NCBI RefSeq assembly: GCF_006345805.1 | Contig: NW_021829677.1 | Coordinates: forward strand, 1 to 40,706 | Origin: Octopus sinensis | Taxonomy: Eukaryota | DNA: 40,706 nucleotides | Reading direction: 5' to 3' | In this document: positions 14,152 to 26,352 of the stretch, piece by piece | How positions within the stretch are numbered: position 1 is the first letter of the stretch | Layout: each line of letters begins with the position of its first letter | Program-made: the position numbers and the translations under genes | Notes under the pieces: model-generated | Database searches by the model: none | The model's input: the letters and a program-made list of their open reading frames with translations, nothing else | What the model was told of the DNA's origin: nothing

Positions 14152-14310
14152 TTTCTGCTATAGGCAAATAGACAGAAATTTTGTGAGGAAGAGTCGAGTG
14201 AATTTCATGGGTGCTAGTGATAACCTGGAATATATTTTATCTATCCGGCTAGGATGAATTGCAAAATCGACTTTGAACTCAGAATGTAAAGCTGAAAGAA
14301 ATGCTGCTAA
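14152..14310 (-). mobile_element. SINE family B, decayed
   Basis: tataggcaaa...aaatttt tail, ggatgaattgcaaaatcgactttgaactcagaatgtaaag and gctaagc match family B in reverse. Confidence 0.55.
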
Positions 14311-14357
14311 GCTGTTTGTTCACTGTGCAAACGATTCTGTTGCTGATGATGTTGATG

Positions 14358-14458
<101 letters not shown>

Positions 14459-15798
14459 TTCTCACAATACCATCACCATCATCATCATCAACATCATCAT
14501 CATCTATTGTACCTTGTTTTTGATACAACTTCACTCTCAATGCAGCGTACGTTTTAGATAATGTTCGTTCCTTTTATATATTTCCTGTTATGAGTGAGCG
14601 GACTAAATTTTGTGTTCGAGAGTTTTCCCCCAATGAGCTAAATGTCATACAAAGAATCTACACAGTGCATTGCTGTATAATATGTGTTTATGTATGTGTG
14701 AGTATTATCGATCTCACTGTAGCTACCATTATCGGATTGCTGTCTGGTTTTTTTAATCTCTGCTTCGAACATATTTGTATATCTTGTTTTCAGCGTCATT
14801 CATTTTCAATATAATTTATTTATTTGTTTATTTATATATGGATGTATATATTTGTTATACAGCAAGTCCATCGTGATATTTGTTGAAGTCTGCAAAATAG
14901 TGAAATGAAACGATCGTAACTGGTATGTCGGAAGTTTTATCTCATGCACTACGACGCCTGTAACTTATATTTTCATAAGTTTTCCCAATTCCTTTCGTGG
15001 TGAGGGCGCTTTGAGAACGACAGAGATTGGTCTGTTATATTTATGCCCCTGTATATATGATCAAATATGCTAGTAACTGCATACGAACCGATACTCAGTT
15101 ATGGTTGCAGTAGCCAGGATAACTTAATTATCAATCAAATGATCCATCTAACTCATGCTGCTATACAGAAGGTGTTAAAGAAGGGGATATATCGATCTCT
15201 TACACAGGCACAAAATCTCAAATTTGGCGCAATGAAACTTCAATTATTTCTAATAAGTGAGGGGATGACCACGCAGGCTTGAATTAAAGCAAATGCACAA
15301 CCATACATTCAGTTGTTTTTCACTTGTATAGATTTCATTTGTATAAAATTTCCCACTTATTTTACAGTACTTGAAAAAAGCACAAGTGTTAGAGTATTTC
15401 GTTTTACGTTCTCAATACACCTAATCTGGGAGTTTAACAATGAATTGATATTGGGCTTGCGTTGAGTCAATTTTTTATTGTAAAATCAGCATCTAGAATA
15501 GGATAACAGTTTTGAATATCCCCGTATTCTAGTTAAGAAACAACTAAACCTTTTACATTTATCATAAACACAATAAACTTATTCATCAGCATTGTCAGAT
15601 AAGTGATCCAATACCACCAACAATAACGCCCCTTGTTAATGTATTACTTATGCTGCAACACACAACATATGGTGTTTTTGTAATATTTAATTGTTACATG
15701 AATTTGTGATTAAAATATATGAAACGCCATTGTAAAATAGAACTACGGGATACTGCAAGACTATAATTTTCATTACATGGGAATTGGCAAAGAGAGAA

Positions 15799-16032
15799 CT
15801 GTGTGGTTATAAAGTTCGCTAAATGACTATGTAGTTTCTGGTTCAGTTATACCATGCAGCACCTTGACGAAATGGCTTCTACTGAAGCACTGAACTAACC
15901 AATGCCTTGTGAATGAATGTGTATGAGTGTGAAACTGGCATGGACTCATGATCAACTATGGAAGTAACTCTAGTCTGTACCCCAGCATGAGAGCCGTCTA
16001 ACGAATGAAACGAGGTAAAGAATAAAAGAATA
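15799..16032 (+). mobile_element. SINE family A, decayed, middle replaced by a 34-nt foreign segment
   Basis: Head gtgtggttataaagttcgct...ggttcagt...gcaccttga, body accaatgccttgtgaatgaat...gaaactg, tail ccccagcatga...aatgaaacgaggtaaagaataaaagaat. Confidence 0.7.
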
Positions 16033-16646
16033 TAAGTTTGGTATTGCAAACTGAGTACTAATTGTAGTCTAACGCATAAACAGAATTCTCCCCACACCCA
16101 TCTTTTCACAATAGCAAACACCAACCCTTGAGAGGATGCTAAAGGTTATTAATCGAATATTGTATTAGAGCGGAGACGAGACATCATAATAGAGTAAAGA
16201 AGACATTAAATTAAATAATAAAAGTAAGTAAATACATAGCATAGATATGAAAGACAAGATTAAACTCTAATCATCAATATCTCCCTGCAAATACAGAATT
16301 TGATAATTATTCCACGAAGTCTGTAAACAGAAGTTAACGACAGAGCAAAGTTATCAAACGCAGTAAAGTAGATACATATCAAACGGTCATTAATAAAGAT
16401 AACCTATGATACGATAATGATTTATTATAGTTACTGACATTTTTTTCCTCTCTTGTATGCATATACTGTTTTTTTTTCTTGTTTTATTTTCCGAAACCAG
16501 GCGAGTGTCTTAAATAGATTACTTTCTTAATGACCCCGTGCACATGTCGCTTTTTTCTCTATCTTTCTCTCTCTTCGATCTCCTCCTCTCTATATAGACA
16601 TACAAACACACATACATACTCACACACACACACACACACACACAAG

Positions 16647-16679
<33 letters not shown>

Positions 16680-16934
16680 GCAAACATAGATGAGTGTATA
16701 TGCATCGAGTGTATATGTATATGTGCATGAAGTGTCGTTTATATGAAAATATTACTCCCAGCGTTCACTATTTCCTCTCGCTCTGGTCTAACGACCCTCC
16801 ATGTTTGTTTTCTTTGGGTTTCCTTGTATGTCTCCACTGTCCTGTTTTCGTTCCCAAATTGACCCTCCATAAATCCTAAATTCTATTTTAGAATTTATGG
16901 GAGGAACAGTCTTGAAGACTCATATGGCTGTGGA

Positions 16935-17490
16935 ATGTTCGAAATGAGGAGTAGATAGACAGCCGACAACTGAAGAAGGCTTGTTTCTCTGTGTGTACAT
17001 GCTCTGTTTTTTCTTTTTCTTTCGTTGTTTACGTATTTCATGTTGTTTACAAAGTTGGTGACGTCCTGTACCCATATATGCACACACACACATATATTTA
17101 TTATTATTATATATGCATGCATGTATATGTATATAAATATATATATATATGCATGTATGTATATGCATGTATGTATATGTATATATATACGTATGTATGT
17201 ATATATGTATATATACATATATATATATAGGAGATAAATAAAAATATATGCATACATACAAACATATATGTACGTACCTACATCTACATGTATATATACA
17301 TGCATATATAAATAATTATACGGGAGTACAGGACATCACAAAAAGACGTAGAAACGGAAAAAGCCAAAAAACAAAAAACAAGAAAACGGAAAACGAAGAA
17401 CAAGAAACGAAAAACAAATACAGGACGAGCTACACAAGGACAAAACCCCCGTCATCAGCTGTCGCTAGAGGAGTCAGGCATTTTCGAAGG
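16935..17490. repeat. Two diverged copies of one repeat in inverted orientation around a TA/TATG microsatellite
   Basis: Motifs shared in order between 16935-17075 (+) and 17490-17320 (-): ttcgaaa, gacagc, ctga(a/t)ga, a T-rich tract, and gtga(c/t)gtcctgtac (17058-17071 vs 17326-17339). Confidence 0.5.
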
Positions 17491-18339
17491 CATAAAGAAC
17501 ACTAATCCAATAGGCCTTCCTGCGAGAGAATTAAAATAAAATTTCAGGCAGCGGGGCAAAATGAGTACGTACACAAACAAGACGTAACAATAAGACTGCA
17601 AAATTAAAATACATGTAACAAACAAACACAAGAGGACGAACGAAAAAGCCTTTTTTCTGGCATAGACAAACGATAAAACTGCAAAAATAAAAATACATGT
17701 ACAAAAAGTACAATTAGTTACAAAACGAGAAAATAACAAGAATACTATACAGGAAATCAACCACACAAGGGGACGAACGAAGAAGCCTTTTGCTGGCAAG
17801 GACATGTACAGATACATATATATGTATATATATATATATGAGTCTATGTGTGTATGTGGATATGTCTCCTAGTAGTTCAGTTGTTTGCCTAACGATCAAA
17901 GGACCTTGAGATCGATTTTGAGACAAGTACCTTCCATTCTTTAGAAGTGCACATTGTATTAACTTGCTTCAGTCAAGTTGAACAAAGATGAGTACCAATC
18001 TTATGAAGTTGGAGGGCTCTTTACTCTCCATTCTGCCTCCAATCGCTCAGGATTTGTTCAGCCGAGAAGGTTCCAAGTTGTGTTCGTAAATACATTAGCA
18101 CCGAAGGAAAAAGCAAAACGTAAATATGTGATACTGCGTAACAGACAGTGATGGTTTGGTATCAGGTGTATGGGGTGTGGGTGTTTGGACATAGGCATAT
18201 ATTTTCTTCAAAATAGGAAGCTCAAAGATGGCAACAATTTGTTACAGCAGAAGACACATTCATAGAATATAACGCTCCAAACCAGCATGAAATACCTTTA
18301 CTGAAAGCGGGCAAACGATAATCCCCAAGAACACCGCCT

Positions 18340-19130
<791 letters not shown>

Positions 19131-19889
19131 TATATTCATCTGTGTCTCCATACGTGTTTATATGTATGTGTGCATTTATACCTGTTTACTTTCTGATTGT
19201 CTTCCGTATGTTTTTTGTGTAAAATGGGGAACAGCTTTTCTTTTAGACATAACATTTAACACATACACACACACACATCTTTATAATCTTATTCCTAACT
19301 ATAATGATCTACAATTATTATATGTGTATACACATACATACATACAGATACTTATACGTGTATATATATGTATATATATATATATAAGTATATGTGTATA
19401 TGCATGTGTGTGTATATATACGCATTTATATATGCTTATATATATGCATATTAATATGTGTGTGTACGTATATATGTATACACATGCATATGTATATATA
19501 TATATATATATATATACATTTATTTATTTATATATTTATTTATGTGATCGATCGAAACAAAGGCAGATTTGTTAACTTTAAGTACATACATATATGTATA
19601 TATATATATATGTGTGTGTGTGGTGTGTGTGTGTGTGTGTGGTGTGAGTGTGTGTGTCTGTGTGTCTGTGTGTCTGTGTGTATGTATGTATGTATATGTT
19701 CGTATATAGCTTGTGTGCAGGAGTGTCTCTATGCCTCTGTGTCTCTATCTCATATAACAACAGAACTCTAGTCGTCGATGTTATGTGTCATGTCATGTAT
19801 GGTAGTTATGTTTGATTTATTTCTGAAAACGTCCCAGGCTAGCAAATTTACCATTCAGTTCGAAATTTTCCACCAAGACTTACTGCTGG

Positions 19890-19901
19890 GTTGACGTCAA
19901 C
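19890..19901. promoter_or_regulatory. Perfect 12-bp palindrome GTTGACGTCAAC containing a full CRE (TGACGTCA)
   Basis: Sequence match only; function untested. Confidence 0.2.
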
Positions 19902-20244
19902 ATCTGCACTTTTTGTCTCTTATTTTATTCAATCTCTCTCATTTTTATTCACTCACTTGATGCAGTAGAATTGGACTGTATATCAGATATCATAGGAAAA
20001 ATAAAATCACTAAAAGAAAAGGTCTGTTGGCATAAAGGGAATATATTTTATTTCAAAATCACTTGGGGCGATAATAATTCAGTTTAAGAAATATATATTA
20101 GCCTGCAGTTTTGGCGCACAAGTAATCTCTTTACATATACATACACGTACAATAAACAGAAATACGGGCAAACATATAGCTGCAGAGATCGCACACTCTT
20201 TACTACTGTCAAATACAGACATAATCACACTTGTAGCACACACA

Positions 20245-20289
<45 letters not shown>

Positions 20290-20419
20290 GTGTGTGTGTG
20301 TGTGTATGTCTATATGTATGCATGTATATATGTATGTATGTAAATATATATATATATAGTATATATATATGTATCTATATATGTGTATATCTATGTAGTG
20401 TATATATATATATATATAT

Positions 20420-20647
20420 TTTTTTTTTTTGTACTTGTTTCAGTCATTTGACTGCGGCCATGCTGGAGCACCGCCTTTAGAGTGGTGAAAGAGTACAGCA
20501 GGGATCACCACCATCCCCTGCCGGAGCCTGTGGAGCTTTTTTTAGGTGTTTCGCTCAATAAACACACACAACGCCCGGGTGGGAATCGAAACCGCGATCC
20601 TCCGACCGCAAGTCCGCTGCCCTAACCACTGGGCCATTGCGCCTCCA
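20420..20647 (-). mobile_element. Well-preserved tRNA-derived SINE: family C head joined to a family A-type tail
   Basis: Minus strand TGGAGGCGCAATGGCCCAGTGGTTAGGGC (A box, D-stem GCCC/GGGC) ... GGTTTCGATTCCC (B box), then GGCGGTGCTCCAGCATGGCCGCAGTCAAATGACTGAAACAAGTAC plus poly-A. Confidence 0.85.
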
Positions 20648-20651
20648 TATT

Positions 20652-20685
<34 letters not shown>

Positions 20686-20702
20686 ATTATAATATATATA
20701 TA

Positions 20703-20775
<73 letters not shown>

Positions 20776-20877
20776 ATAGATATATATATATATATATTAA
20801 TATATATATATATATATATATATTATATAATATATATATATAATTATATATATATATATAATATATATATATATATG
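20648..20877. repeat. (TA)n microsatellite
   Basis: Direct reading. Confidence 0.97.
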
Positions 20878-20963
20878 GTCAGTAAATCATAAATCCGAAA
20901 GAAAAGCACTCTAAATTATAGAGCATTTAGAGAATGTTAGTTAAGGCTGGTTCAATGGCCACC

Positions 20964-21042
20964 GGCCGTTAGGGTCTGACGAGACGTGTGTAATACTAAG
21001 CGCTTATGAACACGAAATCCTGGGTTACCCTGTAAACCGGCC
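20964..21042 (+). ncRNA. Candidate type I hammerhead ribozyme (variant core)
   Basis: CTGACGA 20976-20982 and GAAA 21014-21017. Helix I: TAGGGT 20970-20975 with ACCCTG 21027-21032, extended by GGCCGT with AC(C)GGCC. Helix II: GTGT 20986-20989 with ACAC 21010-21013. Short helix III: ATCC-T-GGGT. GUU cleavage triplet at 21024-21026. Deviations are 3 extra nt after A9, U at 15.2 and a 1-nt loop III. Confidence 0.5.
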
Positions 21043-21288
21043 ATAACTAAGGTTCCCTATATATGTATGTATGTATGCACATACAATTTGCCAAAGAGCT
21101 GCTAATAGTTTCATGCTTTAGAGACATTGACGCTGAGAAACTGATTGGAGATGTCATGTTATATAAATCTGCCAATTTCATGTATCTCTAAAATATGAAG
21201 CTATTATTAGCTGTTTTGTAAATTGTATATATTCAGTTATATTTATCGCTCACTATGAGTTTTTATTCATCCTACCTATAATGCGTCT

Positions 21289-21650
21289 GTAGTCGTGGCT
21301 GTGTAGTAAGAAGTTTTCTTACTAACTACATGGTTCTGGGTTCAGTCCCACTGCAAGGCATCTTGGACAAGTGTCTTCTGTAGCCTTGCGAATGAATTTG
21401 GTAGACGGAAACAAAAAGAAGACCGTCGTATATATACATGTCTATGTTTGTATCTGTGTGTTTGTCTGCCAGCAGAGCTTGACAACCGTTTTTAAGTGAG
21501 CGGTTTGGCAAAAGAAACCGATAGAATAAGTTCCAGGCTTTTAATAAAAATGATTACTGGAATCAATTGATTCCACCAAAAATTCTTCTATGAGATACCC
21601 CAGCATGACCGCAGTAAAATGCCTGAAGATTGTAGATGAATGAAGAAACT
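21289..21650 (+). mobile_element. SINE family A, near full length
   Basis: Head gtcgtggctgtgtagtaagaag...ggttctgggttcagtcccactgc (B box), body gcatcttggacaagtgtcttct...ttggtagacggaaac...gtcgtatatatac, then gcttgacaaccg, gcggtttggcaaaagaaaccgatagaataag and tail ccccagcatgaccgcagt. Confidence 0.85.
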
Positions 21651-22100
21651 CCGATTAGCGATAAGGCTAATATAAATACCATTTCACTTTTCTCAATAAC
21701 ATGGAATGGTATTTTTTAACTGCATTGGAATTCACAATTGTTTGCACCAATGTTCATGGATGTGGTGTTCCAGAGGAAGGAAAGACATCGAGAATGGATT
21801 TTGGCGCTGGATATACTAACAGCTCATTATATCTTATAACTCGCGAATGCAAGAAGAGTATTAATGATAAGAAGGGCATCATCAGTATTTGTATCAAGAG
21901 CTCAGAGGATGCCACACTGTAAGAAGTGATCGCTCTCAGTTGTAGAGAAAATAGCTGGATATATTGCAGCATAACTTCAAAATATCTTACATTATATAAC
22001 CCAAGGTTGAAATATATTTGACTACAGAAATAGGCTCGAAAAGGACTAAGAAATCTATCTTAACAGTAAAACATTAGGAAAAATATTAAATTGCCCCTAC

Positions 22101-22305
22101 TTGGTCGCTTGATCTGCTATTGTAACAGCCAAACATTCTCAAATCATACACCTCTGTTTTATATAGGGACGGAATTTATTAGGTAATGCTGCCCCGTAGA
22201 AAGACATTAAATGGAACGGTCATATTTGGAATGTCATTTATGATAAGCTTGTTTCATCAGAGTTGAACTGGGGTTAAACAATACCATCACCACCAACAAC
22301 AACAG
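22101..22305 (+). mobile_element. Decayed 3' part of another SINE-like repeat ending in an (AAC)n tail
   Basis: cagagttgaactggggttaaacaat followed by caacaacaac; assignment rests on recall of octopus repeats. Confidence 0.35.
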
Positions 22306-24004
22306 TAACACTATCGCCATGGTCCAATGTGTAGCTCTTTATGTACTCGGCACAGGAAATAGGATATTCTTATACAAAAATTCATTCATATTTTGAAATT
22401 AAAAATTATTCCTCTGATGATTTGAAGCGAAGCTGTATAAATAACGATACGTGTCGCGACGTAACTATAAAGGCTTTTCACTCAGTACCTAATCATTTCT
22501 CTCCGGAAAATAAGAAACAAACTTGAATCCAATCTCTGTATTTTCATATATATATATATGCACGCTTGCTTGTGTTCGCTTATGTTTATATATAATCTTT
22601 TATCATATATGCGGTATCCTCGCAAATTCCACAGCACATTTTGTGGTAGAGTGGCAGCCATAAACATATCCCATTCGGTTATATTATTCTGTGATTTCCT
22701 TCATAATCCTTTGATTAATTTCTAGGAAACCCTTTCTATTCCCTTCGGCCATGTTTTCTTTTCTTGGCTGTTTTCCTATTCTGGTTTGCGTAAAAAATTC
22801 TTACCTATCACTATCATTCGTATTTTGCATTCTTTCTTGATTAACAATTCCTATTCTTTTTTTTTTTTAGCTTTAGCTTCGTCGTTCGATACCTTCTAGA
22901 ACCATTTCTTGCATTTTTATTCGTTCTTTTAAGCAAATGTTCCCTACCGTTCCTGCTACTTACATCTTTATTCTTAATTCTTGTTTCTTCTATTTGCCGT
23001 TTGTCCAATTTTTACCTGTATCTTCTCTGTCCCTCGCAATTCAATTCAAGCTGTCGTACTGCATGATCACATCATGTCTCCATTGCACTTGGCGAAGAAC
23101 GGAAAAGAGAAACTCGAAGTGACAATTTAAGTGACGCGTTAAACTCGAATTTATAAATAGAATCCACCATATATATTGAGTACTTTCTTCTCTTGAATTT
23201 ATATGTGCATGTATATGTACATATGTACGCGTGTGGCTGTACGTATGTACACACATACATATATATATACATACGCACATAAATACATATATATACAAAC
23301 ATAAATACAAAAGTACATAAATATGTATTTATATGTGAATGTGAATGTGTGCATATACGTGTGTGTGTATGTATGTTATATCGTCGTTTTTTTTTATACG
23401 TTTATAAAAAATGATTTTATTTCTGACACATGGCACCGTATATCATAAAAGCACCTCACTCCAACACTCCCACCTACACATAATCTTAAATCTTTGCCTC
23501 CTCTTTTTCTACGTAAGCTAGGGTGTGCCTGAAGCGCAAGTAAAGTCCATGAAAAAACTTAATCTATTTACTAAAACTACTCACACTATATGTGGTTATA
23601 AGAAATAATGTGTTGAACAACTTAATTGATAGAAAATGGAAGCGTAATGATATTAGCAAAATGATTGTTCACAGTAAGTAATAAATATCTAAATATATGA
23701 TTCATAAATAAACTGAACTTAATACGTTCTTGATGAAGATGGATCATTTAACTCTGTGATTATATAGTTTTTTAAAGTTTCTTTTTCTTTTATGTTGATG
23801 CTGTTACTGTTGTTGTTTAGCATCGGATTTCTCTTGTTCATAATTTGACGTATTTATTCATTTAATCGTTTGGTTTTTCTACTAAAGAACTAAATTATAT
23901 ATGTAAAATCGCTCTCTTCTCTCTTTCTTTCTCCCTCCCTGTGCACTCCCACGCACACACATGCACACACACACTCTCTCTGTCTCTAACAAACACATAC
24001 ACTT

Positions 24005-24045
<41 letters not shown>

Positions 24046-24537
24046 GACATATATATACGTATATATCCATATACGTATAAATATTTATGTTCTCATACAC
24101 ACATCAAACCTCTAATTACAGTTACTCGAGTTTTCTTTTAAATTTAAATCACGAGTTTGTAACTTGGTCGGTCAGAGCGTCTAAATAGGGTTATTTCTTT
24201 GAGCAAATTTATTATATACCTATTATGTATAATACACACTCACTTGCACAAACATACACATGCATAAATATATATTATACAATCATGGAACCCTCATATA
24301 CAGTACTTGGATTTTCCCAGCAAGCAATAGGTGAAACATTATCTGATTTCCGATAAATGACCCACGGCCGTGTTACCGTTCTTCACCTATTGTGTGAAAT
24401 TCCTAAAAGAAACATAACCGGTGCTATTCCAAAATGTCACCGGACCATTTAAACGTGAAAGGGAACCAACTCTGCGTGATTTAAGCTAATTGTAAGCGGC
24501 GGTTGACCAAACAGCAGGATATGTGCAGGATATATAC

Positions 24538-24539
<2 letters not shown>

Positions 24540-24572
<33 letters not shown>

Positions 24573-24660
24573 TGTATGTATGTATGTATGTATGTATGTA
24601 TGTTTGTATGTATGTATGTATGTATGTATGAATGTATATATGTATGTATGTATATATGTA

Positions 24661-24708
<48 letters not shown>

Positions 24709-24720
24709 CATACATACACA
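24540..24720. repeat. (TATG)n + (TA)n microsatellite
   Basis: Direct reading; produces the YVCM/HTYI ORFs. Confidence 0.96.
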
Positions 24721-25978
24721 AGTGTGTGGATGGGTGAGTTTTGAAATTACCTATTAATTAAATCAGCTTTCAAAGATGGAAATCTTTCCGATTTCAGTTT
24801 TATGCCATTTTAAGCGTAAATAGCCAACGCACACAATTTTCAACACTTTTTAAAAGTAGATAAAATACAAATCAATTGGAAAAGGAACATAGTTTCTACA
24901 ACTGAGAAGGTGAAACATTACCCAAACGAAAATGTTGATTTATTGCAGAAAAAAGTGAAATTAAGCAAAATTCTAACGTAGAGTTTTAAACATAAAATTG
25001 TTGGTACATAGGTGCACGCTTTCCATGAACGCACATTTCTGATATCTGAATTACATCATCTTGACATTTTGTATTCTAATTCTAGTCTAAAATTATCAAT
25101 TCTAATACATTAAACTGTCTGTAAGAGACACAAAAGCTATCTATATATTATTCATTAATTATTAATTAGTTAGAAAATAAGTTACAAAATTATAATAAGT
25201 TCTGCACATGTTCGTACGTTTCCCCTAAGCGTCCATATTTGTTTTCAAACTCATAGTTATCTCTTGTTTCATACGTTCTTAGAAAGATAAAGCTTTCCTT
25301 TCATAAGTCCTAAGTTACTTTGGTGACTGAAAGAAAAAAATGGAGATGCTTATCATATATGATGCATAGACACCATTGAAATATGTCCCATGTATCAAAC
25401 AAGAAATACAGATGAGTCAATAGGTTAACATGTCCTTTAAAAGCATTTTGATATTTCAGCAAAGTGAACAGTTTTCAGCCAAATCCGAAACCAGAATATT
25501 GTCCTTGTAAAACGACACTTCAGAACTTTGCCACTTATTCTACTCATTAGCATATTTGATTAATCAAAGACGGTATCTGGTAAGTTAGGAAATGTAGAAA
25601 CATGAGTTTATAATATTTATTCCATTCCAGTTGGAATTAGTCGTGTTAATGTCTTTACGATGAGTTTAACGTAAAATACTAAACTGTTTTTTGACTATCA
25701 GATAGATAACGTTTACTCAATAACAGTCAATTTCCTAAAGTGTATGATTATTAATAATATAACTAACGGGGAAATTACAGGTTAATTGTGCTAATAATAA
25801 TTAGAAGGAAGAAAACATTACAAACTAAAAAAGATTGTTTTTCCTTTAATGTATTTACACTTCATTTGTGACATATATGTGTGTATGTGTATGTGCCTAT
25901 ATGTGTATATGTTTATCTCTCTCTCTATATATATATACATACATATATATACACTCACACACACACAAATATATATAT

Positions 25979-26030
<52 letters not shown>

Positions 26031-26303
26031 CGCACACCTCACACTCGATAGCATAGAAAAGTGTGTGTGCGTGTGTGTTTGTGAGTTTGATTGAATCTCC
26101 GTATGCTTGCGCGTGTGTGATAGTGTTGATTTTATTTTAAGTTTTCTCTTTGAAGCTTTTGAATCAACATGGCGATTGAAAATTTTGATTCCTTTTAAAT
26201 TACTAACGCAAAAAAAAAAAAAAATTATAAAATAACAGAAATTTCAAAAAATGTTGTGAAAATTAAAAATAACACACACACACACATGTGTATGTGTGGT
26301 GTT

Positions 26304-26352
<49 letters not shown>

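Noticed and set aside
15067-15282. ORF with YEPILSYGC resembling a LINE RT C-terminal motif
   Set aside because: Only one short motif matches and the rest does not align; it would need a BLASTx hit.
20575-20647. tRNA gene on the minus strand
   Set aside because: A and B boxes and the D-stem are present, but the anticodon, T and acceptor stems do not pair. It continues into SINE body sequence, so it is a SINE head.
21825-21950. Minus-strand ESDHFLQC...LLIINTLLAFASYKI resembling an L1/Tx1 C-terminus
   Set aside because: Stops and a large implied deletion are needed, and the similarity is too weak to call by eye.
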